This document shows positions 18,060 to 26,298 of a stretch of 37,643 nucleotides of DNA, in pieces; position 1 is the first letter of the stretch; each line of letters starts with the position of its first letter. The stretch spans positions 1 through 37,643 of the forward strand of contig JBDKFG010000045.1 in the NCBI GenBank assembly GCA_039798785.1, read 5' to 3'. The stretch comes from Verrucomicrobiota bacterium (lineage in GTDB: Bacteria; Verrucomicrobiota; Lentisphaeria; Lentisphaerales; Lentisphaeraceae). A program made the position numbers and the translations under genes. Under the pieces are notes generated by a model. The model had not been told where the DNA came from, ran no database searches, and was given only the letters and a program-made list of their open reading frames with translations.

Positions 18060-18764
18060 TCACTCTCCAAGATAGGCCGCCTTGACCTGCGGATCATGGC
18101 GGAGCTCGGCCGCGGCGCCCGACAAGGTGATCAATCCAGTCTCCAGAACATGGCCGTGATGGGAACACTCCAAGGCCATGTTGGCGTTCTGCTCAACCAA
18201 AAGCATCGACAGCCCCAGCTCGCGGTTGATTTCGACGATCTTGGCAAAGATCTGCCTGACCAGGATCGGCGCAATCCCCAGCGAGGGCTCATCGAGCATC
18301 AGCAGCCGCGGCCGGCTCATCAAGGCCCGTGCGATCGCCAGCATCTGCTGCTCGCCTCCAGACATCGTCCCCGCCAACTGCTTGCGCCGCTCGGCAAGAC
18401 GGGGGAAAAGATGAAAGGACTTTTCCATATCTTCGGCAATCCCCTTGCGATCACTCCGCAGATAGGCGCCCATCCTGAGATTCTCGTCAACACTGAGATT
18501 GGCAAAAACCATTCGGCCTTCCGGCACCTGCACCAAGCCTCGGGCGACGATCTCATGCGTCGGCAAACCCAGAATCTCCTCGCCGTCGTAACGGACCGAA
18601 CCACTCGCTTTCACCAGACCGGAAAGCGCCCGCAGGGTCGTCGATTTCCCCGCGCCGTTGGAACCCACGAGAGTGACGATGGTCCCCCGCGGCACTGAAA
18701 AACTCAGGCCTTTGACGGCGCTGATCGAAGCATAGCTGACTTTGAGATCACTGATCTGAAGCAT
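18060..18764 (-). CDS. livF: Branched-chain amino acid ABC transporter ATP-binding subunit
   Basis: GSNGAGKST, VPEGR, MSGGEQQMLAIARALM, LDEPSLG, VEQN, AYLG. Confidence 0.92.
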   Translation of the reverse strand: MLQISDLKVSYASISAVKGLSFSVPRGTIVTLVGSNGAGKSTTLRALSGLVKASGSVRYDGEEILGLPTHEIVARGLVQVPEGRMVFANLSVDENLRMGAYLRSDRKGIAEDMEKSFHLFPRLAERRKQLAGTMSGGEQQMLAIARALMSRPRLLMLDEPSLGIAPILVRQIFAKIVEINRELGLSMLLVEQNANMALECSHHGHVLETGLITLSGAAAELRHDPQVKAAYLGE

Positions 18765-18921
18765 GGACTCATCCTTGAACTTGACAGGTCAGACCCTAAT
18801 CCCCAGCACCGACCTGACCACTGCAGTTCCCCGTCAGGCGAATGTTTTTTCCGTCCTGCGCTCCCGCACTATGAGGATCTCCAGCCACTTTCCCGCGATG
18901 CCGTAAAATATCGAGAATCAT

Positions 18922-19989
18922 TTACAAACCATAGGCAGCCCACTCGCCCTCATCCGCGGGGCCGCGGCAGGCGTGTAAGCGACGCTCCACCGGTTCGAGA
19001 ATGACGCAGGCATTGGTGGTGATGGCCAGAGGCGGACGGCGGTTGATCGCCAAGTCGCCGCCGTCGCGATCGGCAAGCAGAGCTCGCAATGACGCGACGT
19101 CGAAATTGCCTCTGGCGCAAAGCTCCTGGCCGCGACGCTGACGCGCCTTCGACGAAGGGCCGGAGGGCTCGGCTTCAAGCAGTATCAGATCGGGATGGAG
19201 GAAGTGGTTGCAATGCAGCACAGCCTCGGCCTCGGGCAGCCAAGGACGACACTCGAGAGCGCTGCATTCCAAGCTCAAGATGGAGCCGGAGGCATCGGCG
19301 AGGTGATAGGCGTGGGCAGCAAGGCGCGGTGCAGTCTCGATCAGTTTTGCGGCGGACGCGACGTCGCGACTGTCGTTGAGGCAGCGATGCAGCAGATGCA
19401 GGTAATGCAGGCCGGGACGGGCATCCTTCGCCTTCAGGTTGTTGGTGCCGCAGGCGAAACCGTACTCGTTGAGGCCGATCATCGACAAGGTGCCGCTGAC
19501 CGTGAGCGCCAGGGTGGCGGGGCCTTTTTGCGGGCGCCGCAGCAGCAGGCAGGTGTGCTCGCGATTGTCGGCGGCGAGGTCCCAGGTCTGAGCGAAAAGC
19601 GCTTGCCGGTTTTTACTGCGCGCCGGGCTGACGAGCAGGCTGGTGCAGCCGAGGCCGTCGGGCGGCGGACCCCAGGTGAGCAGGTCGCGCAGATCGGTGA
19701 GTCCTTGCAGGGCGAAGATCTCCGCCTCGCTGAGTCCAGTTCCTTCCGCGATGCCGCGATTCTCCTCGGCGGTGTCGGGGTGCCACTTCTCGACCAGCGG
19801 CAGGAAACTCTGGCACAGCGCCAAGATGTCGGCCCGCGAGTGATGCCGTCCGCCGCGTTCAGCCGCGTGTCCGGCGGCGCCCGCGAGGCGCAGCTCAAGC
19901 AGCTCCCGCGCCGAGTCGCGGCAGGCCTCGCCGAATTGGCGGCCCATGTCTCGAGGCGTGCCGGATACTTGGTAAATGGGGAGGGTCAT
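18922..19989 (-). CDS. Peptidase C45 / acyl-CoA:6-APA acyltransferase-like Ntn hydrolase
   Basis: G..RDMGRQFGE; G|CTS autoprocessing site; AQTWD; IGLNEYG; HCNHF. Confidence 0.85.
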   Translation of the reverse strand: MTLPIYQVSGTPRDMGRQFGEACRDSARELLELRLAGAAGHAAERGGRHHSRADILALCQSFLPLVEKWHPDTAEENRGIAEGTGLSEAEIFALQGLTDLRDLLTWGPPPDGLGCTSLLVSPARSKNRQALFAQTWDLAADNREHTCLLLRRPQKGPATLALTVSGTLSMIGLNEYGFACGTNNLKAKDARPGLHYLHLLHRCLNDSRDVASAAKLIETAPRLAAHAYHLADASGSILSLECSALECRPWLPEAEAVLHCNHFLHPDLILLEAEPSGPSSKARQRRGQELCARGNFDVASLRALLADRDGGDLAINRRPPLAITTNACVILEPVERRLHACRGPADEGEWAAYGL

Positions 19990-20648
19990 GGGGAGTCTGG
20001 GGCTGATTTTTTTTTAACCAACGCTTTGATTCGTTGCGACGATTCCGGGCTGACAACAGAAGCTTTATTCGCACAAATCTTTTTAGGTAGAGGTTCGTCA
20101 CCCGTGTGAAACCATGCTTCGACATAAAGCTTCGTATCAGGTTTTGATCCATCGTAATAATTGACATCAGTGACGCGTCCCGTCAGCCTCAGTCGCATGC
20201 GATCTCGTTCCACCTCGAGAACTTCCACCTTGGTTTTCTCTGGTTCTGTGTGAGAACAATAATAAAAATTATGGATGACCGACGGATTGCGGCTGGAGTC
20301 CACGGGAAGTTTCAATGTCGTGCCCATTTTTAAATCAGTGAGATCCCGAGCGCGCATTTCGATGCTCCAGTATGGACTCGCAAAAAGAGTTTTCGTGTCT
20401 TCACACTGCACAGTGGCTTCCCCTGCCTTGACTTCAATTCTCAAGGGCCATTCTGTATTCCTCTCGAAACGGACATTGCACGTCGCCTCCTCCAAGGGAT
20501 AGATCTCACGACCGCAATAGCGATCTAAGACAAAGACATCCGTGGGAGGAGGATCCTTGATTCGGACTCTCCGGACAGGTGATAAGAGTCTTTCAAGAAA
20601 ACCACTCAGCACAATCCGGCGGGCTCTGTCCTCAATGGATTCGTTCAT
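19986..20648 (-). CDS. Hypothetical protein, lower GC than flanks
   Basis: Open 220-aa frame with natural-looking composition (FYYCSH, DVNYYDGSKPDT); visibly AT-richer; no family recognised. Confidence 0.6.
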   Translation of the reverse strand: MNESIEDRARRIVLSGFLERLLSPVRRVRIKDPPPTDVFVLDRYCGREIYPLEEATCNVRFERNTEWPLRIEVKAGEATVQCEDTKTLFASPYWSIEMRARDLTDLKMGTTLKLPVDSSRNPSVIHNFYYCSHTEPEKTKVEVLEVERDRMRLRLTGRVTDVNYYDGSKPDTKLYVEAWFHTGDEPLPKKICANKASVVSPESSQRIKALVKKKSAPDSP

Positions 20649-20665
20649 GGCAATCCTCGTTTTTC

Positions 20666-20750
20666 TTGGGAGCCCTGGCGTCTCGCCGTGTGATTAGAAG
20701 TCACCCTGTCCCTTCGCGATGAGCTAACGCTAGTCGACGCCGAGATCCTG
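20666..20750. repeat. Degenerate copy of the GGAG-type REP doublet seen at 21707
   Basis: TTGGGAGCCCTGGCGTCTCGCCG resembles CTGGGAGCCCCGGCGTCCCGCCG; a decayed partner GACGCCGAGATCC lies near 20736. Confidence 0.55.
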
Positions 20751-20774
20751 ACACGCGACGACATTTGCGGCTCT

Positions 20775-20998
20775 AACCCCAAAGGGGTTGCGGCCTCCAG
20801 CCCAGGGTTGGCGCATCGCCTACCCTGGGTCAATGGATTTAATGGGCTACCCCAACGGGGTTGCGTCGCGTTCCGAGCGCCCGGGAAGCACCAGCAGGAT
20901 GAAACCCCTTTGGGGTATGACATCATAGGCAGGGACCCAGGGTAGCGCCTCGTACCTCGGCGCAACCCTGGGCTGATAGATGAAACCCCTTCGGGGTA
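20775..20998. repeat. REPIN-like element: two inverted ~95-100-bp units, each small hairpin / large hairpin / small hairpin
   Basis: Units at 20775-20867 and 20898-20998; four ACCCC-nnn-GGGGT hairpins and two CCCAGGGT...ACCCTGGG hairpins. The reverse complement of unit 2 aligns with unit 1. Confidence 0.85.
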
Positions 20999-21124
20999 AA
21001 GCAGGAGTCCTCGCCCTTCCTCGTGATGACCGAGTTTATCTGGGGCAATGGCTGCTTGAAAGTCTGCCTCGGTCAGTGCGGGATTCAAGCTGTTCATGGG
21101 GCGGTCTCCGGGATCGGCTTGCAT

Positions 21125-21421
21125 TCAATTTCTCAAACGCTCAACCCAATAGTTGGGCTGTCGTTTCAGTGGGGCTATAGCGATCACTCGGATGGAGTCA
21201 TTTTTGATCATGTAAATAACTCCATAAGGGAAGTCGGCGAGAGCGGCCCTGCGAGTCCGCTGGGTTTGCGTTGGCCAAGCCCGAGGGAAATCAAGAATTC
21301 GTTCCAGCGTTGATTGGACATCCCGATAGAATTTCCCGCCTAGACCCGATTGACAGGAGTTGTAATACTCAATGGCTGTAAAAAGCTCTTCTTGTGCCGC
21401 GAAATCAAAGTTCAGTTTCAT
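21125..21421 (-). CDS. RelE/ParE-family toxin
   Basis: AQEEL..AIEYY....GLGGKF, FPYGVIY, RVIAIA...RQPNYW; ATGA-coupled to the antitoxin. Confidence 0.88.
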   Translation of the reverse strand: MKLNFDFAAQEELFTAIEYYNSCQSGLGGKFYRDVQSTLERILDFPRAWPTQTQRTRRAALADFPYGVIYMIKNDSIRVIAIAPLKRQPNYWVERLRN

Positions 21422-21651
21422 AGGCCGTAGCGAGCGCGAACAGCGGCAAAAACCTCTTCAGCTGGAATGGCCTTCGTCTTGCCCGATTCAAGATCATCAA
21501 TCCGCCTTTCGATCTCTTCCGCCCAAAGCCGGTCAATCTCCGGATCGGGAACGGCATCGAGACTTTCCAGCAGGCGTTGCGCCAGATAGGCTCGATCTTC
21601 GCTGGGAAGAGCCAGAATTTCCTCGGTCAGTGCTGGGGTCAAGCTGCTCAT
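21418..21651 (-). CDS. Putative addiction module antitoxin (TIGR02574-like)
   Basis: LALPSEDRAYLAQRLLESL...WAEEIERR...G..KAIPAEEV. Confidence 0.88.
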   Translation of the reverse strand: MSSLTPALTEEILALPSEDRAYLAQRLLESLDAVPDPEIDRLWAEEIERRIDDLESGKTKAIPAEEVFAAVRARYGL

Positions 21652-21706
21652 GAGAAGTTCTCCTGCTCACAACATTATGGCGTTCCGGGGGCTTGGCAAG
21701 GCTTGT

Positions 21707-21783
21707 CCCTGGGAGCCCCGGCGTCCCGCCGGGTGTGTTCGAAGCTGCTAGCTACACCCGGCGGGACGCCGGGGCTCCCAGGG
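21707..21783. repeat. Perfect 30-bp inverted repeat (REP doublet, GGAG foot)
   Basis: CCCTGGGAGCCCCGGCGTCCCGCCGGGTGT (21707-21736) and its exact reverse complement (21754-21783); 17-nt loop; each arm contains an internal CCCGGCG-TCC-CGCCGGG palindrome. Confidence 0.9.
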
Positions 21784-21792
21784 GATTCGCAT

Positions 21793-23136
21793 TCACTGCT
21801 GAAAGGGATACACCGCTCCCAAGCCGAGGATGCGGCTGAGCTCGTCGAGGGCGCGACGGCTCTCGTCGAGAAGCGCCGGGTCGGCGAGGTCGCTGAGGCG
21901 GAGTTCTTCGCGGTAGTGACGGCAAATCCAGTCGTGCAGGCGGGTGTACAAGGTCTCGCTCATCAGGACGCCGGGATTGACCGCGGCGAGCTCGGTCGCG
22001 GTGAGGGCGACGCGCAGTCGCAGGCAGGCGGGGCCGCCGCCGTTCTGCATCGATTGCTTGAGGTCGAAAACCAGAACTTCGTCGATCAGGCCGCCGCTGG
22101 CGATGAGGCGCTGCAGGCAGCCCCAGACGGCGGCACTCTGGCGGCATTCCTCAGGGACGACGAGGAGCATCTTGCCGTCGGGCTTGCTGAGGAGCTGGCT
22201 GTTAAAGAGATAGGTTTTCACCGCTTCGGCGATGCCGACTTCGTCGTCGCTGACCTCGATCGCGACCAGTTCGGCGCCGCGGCTCGCGAGCTTGGCGTGG
22301 AGCTCATCGAGCACGACTTTCTGGTTGGCGAAGGCGAGCTGGTGATAGAAGAAGAGACGGCCGTTGCCGACGGCGATGACGTCGTTGTGGAAGACGCCGG
22401 CGTCGATGGTGGCGGGGCGTTGCTGGGCGAAGACCACGCCCGCCGGATCGAGCTGGTGCAATCGGGCGATGGCCTGGCTCGCTTCGAGGGTCTGGCGGGC
22501 GGGGAATTTCTGCGGTCGCGGTCTGGCTGGATCAAAGGCGGCCTGGCCGTAGACGAAGAGCTGCACCCCGGGCTGGCCGTAATCGGCGCAGAAACGAGTG
22601 TGATTGGCGGCGCCTTCGTCGCCGAAGGCCATTTGGCCGGGCAGGGCCGGGTGATGGGCGAAACGGGCTTCGTCGGCGAAGATGGCGCGGAGGATTCGGC
22701 CGGTGACCGAGTGCTCGATCGAGCGGTGCAGCTTGTTGTTGAGATTGGCCGGGGTGAAGTGGACGCGTCCGTCGGCGCTGTCGGCGCTGGGCGAGATCGT
22801 GGCGGCATTGGCGACCCACATTGACGAAGCGGAGGAGAAGGCGCTGAGCAGGGCCGGGGCTTCCTTCGCCGCATTGGCTAAAACCTCGGCGTCCGTGCCG
22901 GTGAAGCCCGCTTGGCGCAGGCTGCTCAGGCAAGGGCGTTCATGTGGCGCCAGGACACCTTGTTTGAAGCCGCGGTCGTGCAGCGCCTTCATCTTCGCCA
23001 GGCCTTGCAGCGCGGCGGCGCGAGGGAAGGCCGGTGCGTTCTGGTTGGCGCTGGAGGCGACGTTGCCGAAGCTCAGTCCGGCGTAGTTGTGGGTCGGGCC
23101 GACGAGGCCGTCGAAGTTGATTTCGTGGGAGGGCAT
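21793..23136 (-). CDS. astB: N-succinylarginine dihydrolase
   Basis: [75 protein letters not shown]. Confidence 0.96.
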   Translation of the reverse strand: MPSHEINFDGLVGPTHNYAGLSFGNVASSANQNAPAFPRAAALQGLAKMKALHDRGFKQGVLAPHERPCLSSLRQAGFTGTDAEVLANAAKEAPALLSAFSSASSMWVANAATISPSADSADGRVHFTPANLNNKLHRSIEHSVTGRILRAIFADEARFAHHPALPGQMAFGDEGAANHTRFCADYGQPGVQLFVYGQAAFDPARPRPQKFPARQTLEASQAIARLHQLDPAGVVFAQQRPATIDAGVFHNDVIAVGNGRLFFYHQLAFANQKVVLDELHAKLASRGAELVAIEVSDDEVGIAEAVKTYLFNSQLLSKPDGKMLLVVPEECRQSAAVWGCLQRLIASGGLIDEVLVFDLKQSMQNGGGPACLRLRVALTATELAAVNPGVLMSETLYTRLHDWICRHYREELRLSDLADPALLDESRRALDELSRILGLGAVYPFQQ

Positions 23137-23143
23137 GGGGGTC

Positions 23144-23488
23144 TCAGGGTTTGAGCACTAGAAGAGTGCTGAGTTTATTCAGGACTTCTTGAAGGGTGTC
23201 GTCCGGCACTTGTTCAATGAATCGAGCCTGACGCGCCTGCCAGTCGAGATTCTTGATCTGGTCGGAAAGGATGACGCCGTTGATTTTGTGTCCGGCCGGA
23301 ATCACAACTTCAAAGGGATAGCCCTTGATCTGGCTGGTGATTGGGCAGCAAATCGCCATGCCGAGCTTGCGATTGTAGGCTTGAGGCGACAGGATCAGTG
23401 CCGGGCGCTTCCCCGCCTGTTCATGTCCCGCCTGCGGATCGAAACAGACGAAAACCAGATCACCACGCTGGGGGATGTAGCTGGGCAT
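23144..23488 (-). CDS. mazF: MazF/PemK endoribonuclease toxin
   Basis: [47 protein letters not shown]. Confidence 0.95.
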   Translation of the reverse strand: MPSYIPQRGDLVFVCFDPQAGHEQAGKRPALILSPQAYNRKLGMAICCPITSQIKGYPFEVVIPAGHKINGVILSDQIKNLDWQARQARFIEQVPDDTLQEVLNKLSTLLVLKP

Positions 23489-23727
23489 TACCAGATCTCC
23501 CGGCCTTGGGGCTTGCCGCTGCTGTAATCATCGTGGCGGTTGTCGTCGCGCACCTCTTGGAGCAGCTCCTCAAGCTTGTAAGTACGCGGCTTCGGGGTGA
23601 TGATGATGCGGCCCTGATCTTCAATGATGTCGATGGCTGATCCTTCGCTGAGGCCGGCCTCTTGGGTCAATTGTCGCGGCAAGCGCAAAGCCAAGCTGTT
23701 GCCCCACTTCTGAATGGTTCCTTCCAT
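23488..23727 (-). CDS. mazE: MazE/AbrB-type antitoxin
   Basis: IQKWGNSLALRLP, YKLEELL, GKPQGREIW; ATG at 23727 with GGAGG upstream. Confidence 0.93.
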   Translation of the reverse strand: MEGTIQKWGNSLALRLPRQLTQEAGLSEGSAIDIIEDQGRIIITPKPRTYKLEELLQEVRDDNRHDDYSSGKPQGREIW

Positions 23728-23739
23728 AAAAAGCGCCTC

Positions 23740-23780
23740 CGTATCTACAATGAATCTACACTGAGGGCGGGGTGCCGCAA
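23740..23780 (-). promoter_or_regulatory. mazEF promoter with tandem TGTAGAT[T/A]C repeats (probable autorepression operator)
   Basis: Minus strand TTGCGG-16-TAGATT; TGTAGATTCATTGTAGATAC overlaps the -10. Confidence 0.6.
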
Positions 23781-23784
23781 GATT

Positions 23785-23943
23785 CAACCGTTGATGCCTC
23801 CCTCAAAAGTTCGCGAACAGCGCAAAAGCCCTGCGCTCGCTACGCGAGGCGAATCGATTTCGTGCTCAAACCCGTGGGCGATGCCCACGGCTATGCCAGC
23901 TTCGACCGCTACACGGTGAGTTTTGAGGGAAGCACCACGGTTG
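23785..23943. mobile_element. MITE/REPIN-like non-coding element with ~24-bp terminal inverted repeats enclosing a hairpin triplet
   Basis: CAACCGTTGATGCCTCCCTCAAAA (23785-23808) versus TTTTGAGGGAAGCACCACGGTTG (23921-23943); inner hairpins CTCGC-TAC-GCGAG, CCGTGGGC-GAT-GCCCACGG and ACCG-CTACA-CGGT. Confidence 0.65.
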
Positions 23944-23948
23944 CGGCT

Positions 23949-26147
23949 TCAGCGACCAAGCCCGTAGGAGACGAGATTGGCGAGAAGGCGGAAGGCGGCG
24001 CTGGTTTCGAGCCCGGGGACAGCGTCGTCGCTGGCGCCGGCGAGGCCCGAGCCGAGGTCGAGAGGGGAGTAGACGACGGCGAAGCGTTTGTCGACGCGGA
24101 CGCCGAGGAGGAAGTCACGCGGCTTGCCGTCGCCGCCGGCCGCCTTGGTGAGTTGTGGGGGCTGAGAGAAAGGCTCAGCGAAGAGGGGACTGTCGGCGGG
24201 GATGCTTTCGAGCTTGGCGCCTGGGAGGATCTGGGGCAGGAGCTGGCGGAAGGAGCGGTCGAACTCGTCGCAGCCGCAGGCGGATTCGGCGATCAGGAAG
24301 CCCCCTTCGGCGAGCCAGTTCTTGAGGTTGCGGATTTCCGCCGGGCCAAGGGCGAGAGTCTCATCAGAACTAAGGAAAAGGACCGCATGGCGTCGCAAGG
24401 CTTCGGCGTCGGCGAGATCGACGATGGATGGGACTTTGACCGTCGGGACCTGGAGGGTCTTGCGCATGAAGCCGAGGAAGTTTGCGATGGCGGCGGGATC
24501 CGGGTCTTTGCCGGCGAGGCGTATCATCGGAAGGTCGAGTCCGTCGTCGGCGGCTCCCGGACTGCGGCTGAAGTCCTCCTTGGAGAGATCTTCGGCGGCG
24601 CTGGCAACCGGCTTGAGAGCGGCGACGCGAGCGAGTCGTTCGACCAGGGGTTTCTGCTTCAGCGCATAGCGCGACAGGTTGGCGAGGGTGCAGGACTGGA
24701 CCTGGCTCAGATCCTTTTTCTCGAGGGAGAGGGAGAGATCGCCGGCAGCGATGAAGATGCGGAGTGGCCGGCATCGCGAACTGAGCATCAGGAGCGGCAG
24801 TTTCATCCCCTGGAGGTCGTAATACATGCGGCGGAGCTCGTGACCGCCGCTGATTTCGCCGGCCCGGAGTCCGGGATAGAGGCTGCCGAGCTGCTCCAGG
24901 GCGGAGGCCTTGAAGACCGGATCGTCGAGGCAGGGGGTGATAAGCAGGGTACCATCCTTGTCGAGGTGGGACTTGAGAACGGCGAGCTCTTTTTCCGACA
25001 GGCTGAGCTTGCCTTTGCCGGAGAGGACGAGAAGGGGTGAGCGCGCCAGGTTGCTGTCGCCGCTGACCAGCTCGGCGCTGCACCAGTCGAGGGGGGTGGA
25101 GAACAGGCGAGCCATTTCCTGGGTGAGATGACGGACATCGCGGCGGCGGAGGTTCCAAGGCTCGATGTCGGCGGCGCCCGGAGCGGGCTCGCCCCAGCGG
25201 ATCTTGCAGGCGAAGACCGGAGTGTTGCCCTTGCCGATGAAGAGAAGGCGGAAGGCATCGCTGAGCATCACCTGGCCGCGCATGTCCTCGGTGCTGGCGA
25301 AGTGGGTGATGCCGGCGCGGTACCAGTCGACCGTCCCGAGGATGCGCCGGTCATGCAGGATGCCGACCCGTTCGATGGCGTAGGCGGTGTAGGAATCCGT
25401 CATCGCGCTGCGGTTCTGAAGAAGCTTTCCGATGTAACGGAGGCCGCGTCCGATCGCCGGGTCGGACTGGTAGCGGCCGATCTGGGAGGGGCCTTTGAGG
25501 ATCTCGAGCGAGATGTCAGATTCGACGCCGCAAATGGCGAGACTGGCGAGGCCGGCGGCGCTCATGCTCGGGCTGGGGCTGCCCCGGCCGATGTAGCTCC
25601 AGCCGCCTTCATTTCCTTGCATGGCGCGGAAGTGATTGGCGCTCCGCGCAAAGACCTCTTTCGGCACCGCCACGCCGGCATCCTGCCCGGCCTTCAGGCC
25701 AAGAAGCCCGAACTGAGTCACTGAGTGGTCGCCGGAGCCGGTCCCCTGATAGTTCCAGGTGCCGTCCCTGGCTTGCGCCTCGATCAGCCATTTGGTCGCC
25801 GCCTCGATCTCCTTGCGATAACGTTTCGGATCTGCGGCGTTGAAGGCGCAGGCGTAGAGCCCGACCGAATAGACGTCACCCTCAGGAAAGTTGTCGACCA
25901 GGTACTTGAGACCGGCTGCGACAGCTGGATCCTCCTTGGTGGCGCCATTGACGAGGAGTGCGTAGAGGTGCAGTGCAGTGGCTCCGGAACTGTGGCCCGG
26001 GTAGGTCCAGGAGCCGTCCTTGTTCTGCTGCGCCCGGATCCGGTCGCCGTAGAGCTTGGCCAGCTGACGCACCGTCTCGGCGTCGGCCTCCTGCGCCGGA
26101 GCCGCGAAATGGCCGAGCAGAAAGATCAGGAGAAGGAGCAGGCGCAT
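23949..26147 (-). CDS. Secreted prenyltransferase/squalene-oxidase-repeat protein with two DUF4159-like domains
   Basis: Signal peptide; QW-type repeats QNKDGSW, QARDGTWNY, QGNEGGWSY; D.SVTQF.LLGL; two LSG/LSS...L..E...LK..L..GG/DG modules; AGGAG before ATG 26147. Confidence 0.75.
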   Translation of the reverse strand: MRLLLLLIFLLGHFAAPAQEADAETVRQLAKLYGDRIRAQQNKDGSWTYPGHSSGATALHLYALLVNGATKEDPAVAAGLKYLVDNFPEGDVYSVGLYACAFNAADPKRYRKEIEAATKWLIEAQARDGTWNYQGTGSGDHSVTQFGLLGLKAGQDAGVAVPKEVFARSANHFRAMQGNEGGWSYIGRGSPSPSMSAAGLASLAICGVESDISLEILKGPSQIGRYQSDPAIGRGLRYIGKLLQNRSAMTDSYTAYAIERVGILHDRRILGTVDWYRAGITHFASTEDMRGQVMLSDAFRLLFIGKGNTPVFACKIRWGEPAPGAADIEPWNLRRRDVRHLTQEMARLFSTPLDWCSAELVSGDSNLARSPLLVLSGKGKLSLSEKELAVLKSHLDKDGTLLITPCLDDPVFKASALEQLGSLYPGLRAGEISGGHELRRMYYDLQGMKLPLLMLSSRCRPLRIFIAAGDLSLSLEKKDLSQVQSCTLANLSRYALKQKPLVERLARVAALKPVASAAEDLSKEDFSRSPGAADDGLDLPMIRLAGKDPDPAAIANFLGFMRKTLQVPTVKVPSIVDLADAEALRRHAVLFLSSDETLALGPAEIRNLKNWLAEGGFLIAESACGCDEFDRSFRQLLPQILPGAKLESIPADSPLFAEPFSQPPQLTKAAGGDGKPRDFLLGVRVDKRFAVVYSPLDLGSGLAGASDDAVPGLETSAAFRLLANLVSYGLGR

Positions 26148-26170
26148 GGAACACTCCTGGGCTTGAGCAA

Positions 26171-26298
26171 GGTTGAAAGGTTGAAGGTTGAAAGGTTGGT
26201 AGCGAATCTGAGTCACTAGTCTGGGGTCTTGCGACTTGCGTCTGGCGTCTGGCGTCTGGCGGCTCTGCTGCTCGCTTTCAACCTTTCAACCCTGTTCC
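26171..26298 (-). repeat. Intergenic GGTTGAAA-arm element, copy 3, with nested GCGTCTG heptamers
   Basis: GGTTGAAAGGTTGAAGGTTGAAAGGTTG ... TCTGAGTCACT ... (GCGTCTG)3 ... CTTTCAACCTTTCAACCC. Confidence 0.8.

Noticed and set aside
18786..18830. AGGTCAGACC / GACCTGACCA, similar to FadR/GntR-family operators, upstream of livF
   Set aside because: Short imperfect match, no regulator nearby, could be chance.
20007..20015. T9 homopolymer as a phase-variation tract
   Set aside because: Lies in the last codons of a hypothetical gene; nine bases in an AT-rich patch is weak evidence without read data.
20775..20998. CRISPR array or attC cassette interpretation of the hairpin repeats
   Set aside because: Units are inverted rather than direct with unique spacers, there are no cas or integron integrase genes, and I did not identify attC-type RYYYAAC/GTTRRRY ends bounding the units.
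20645..21124. 159-aa minus-strand ORF
   Set aside because: Runs through the REPIN hairpins; its repeated YPxGVSS peptides are translated DNA repeats.
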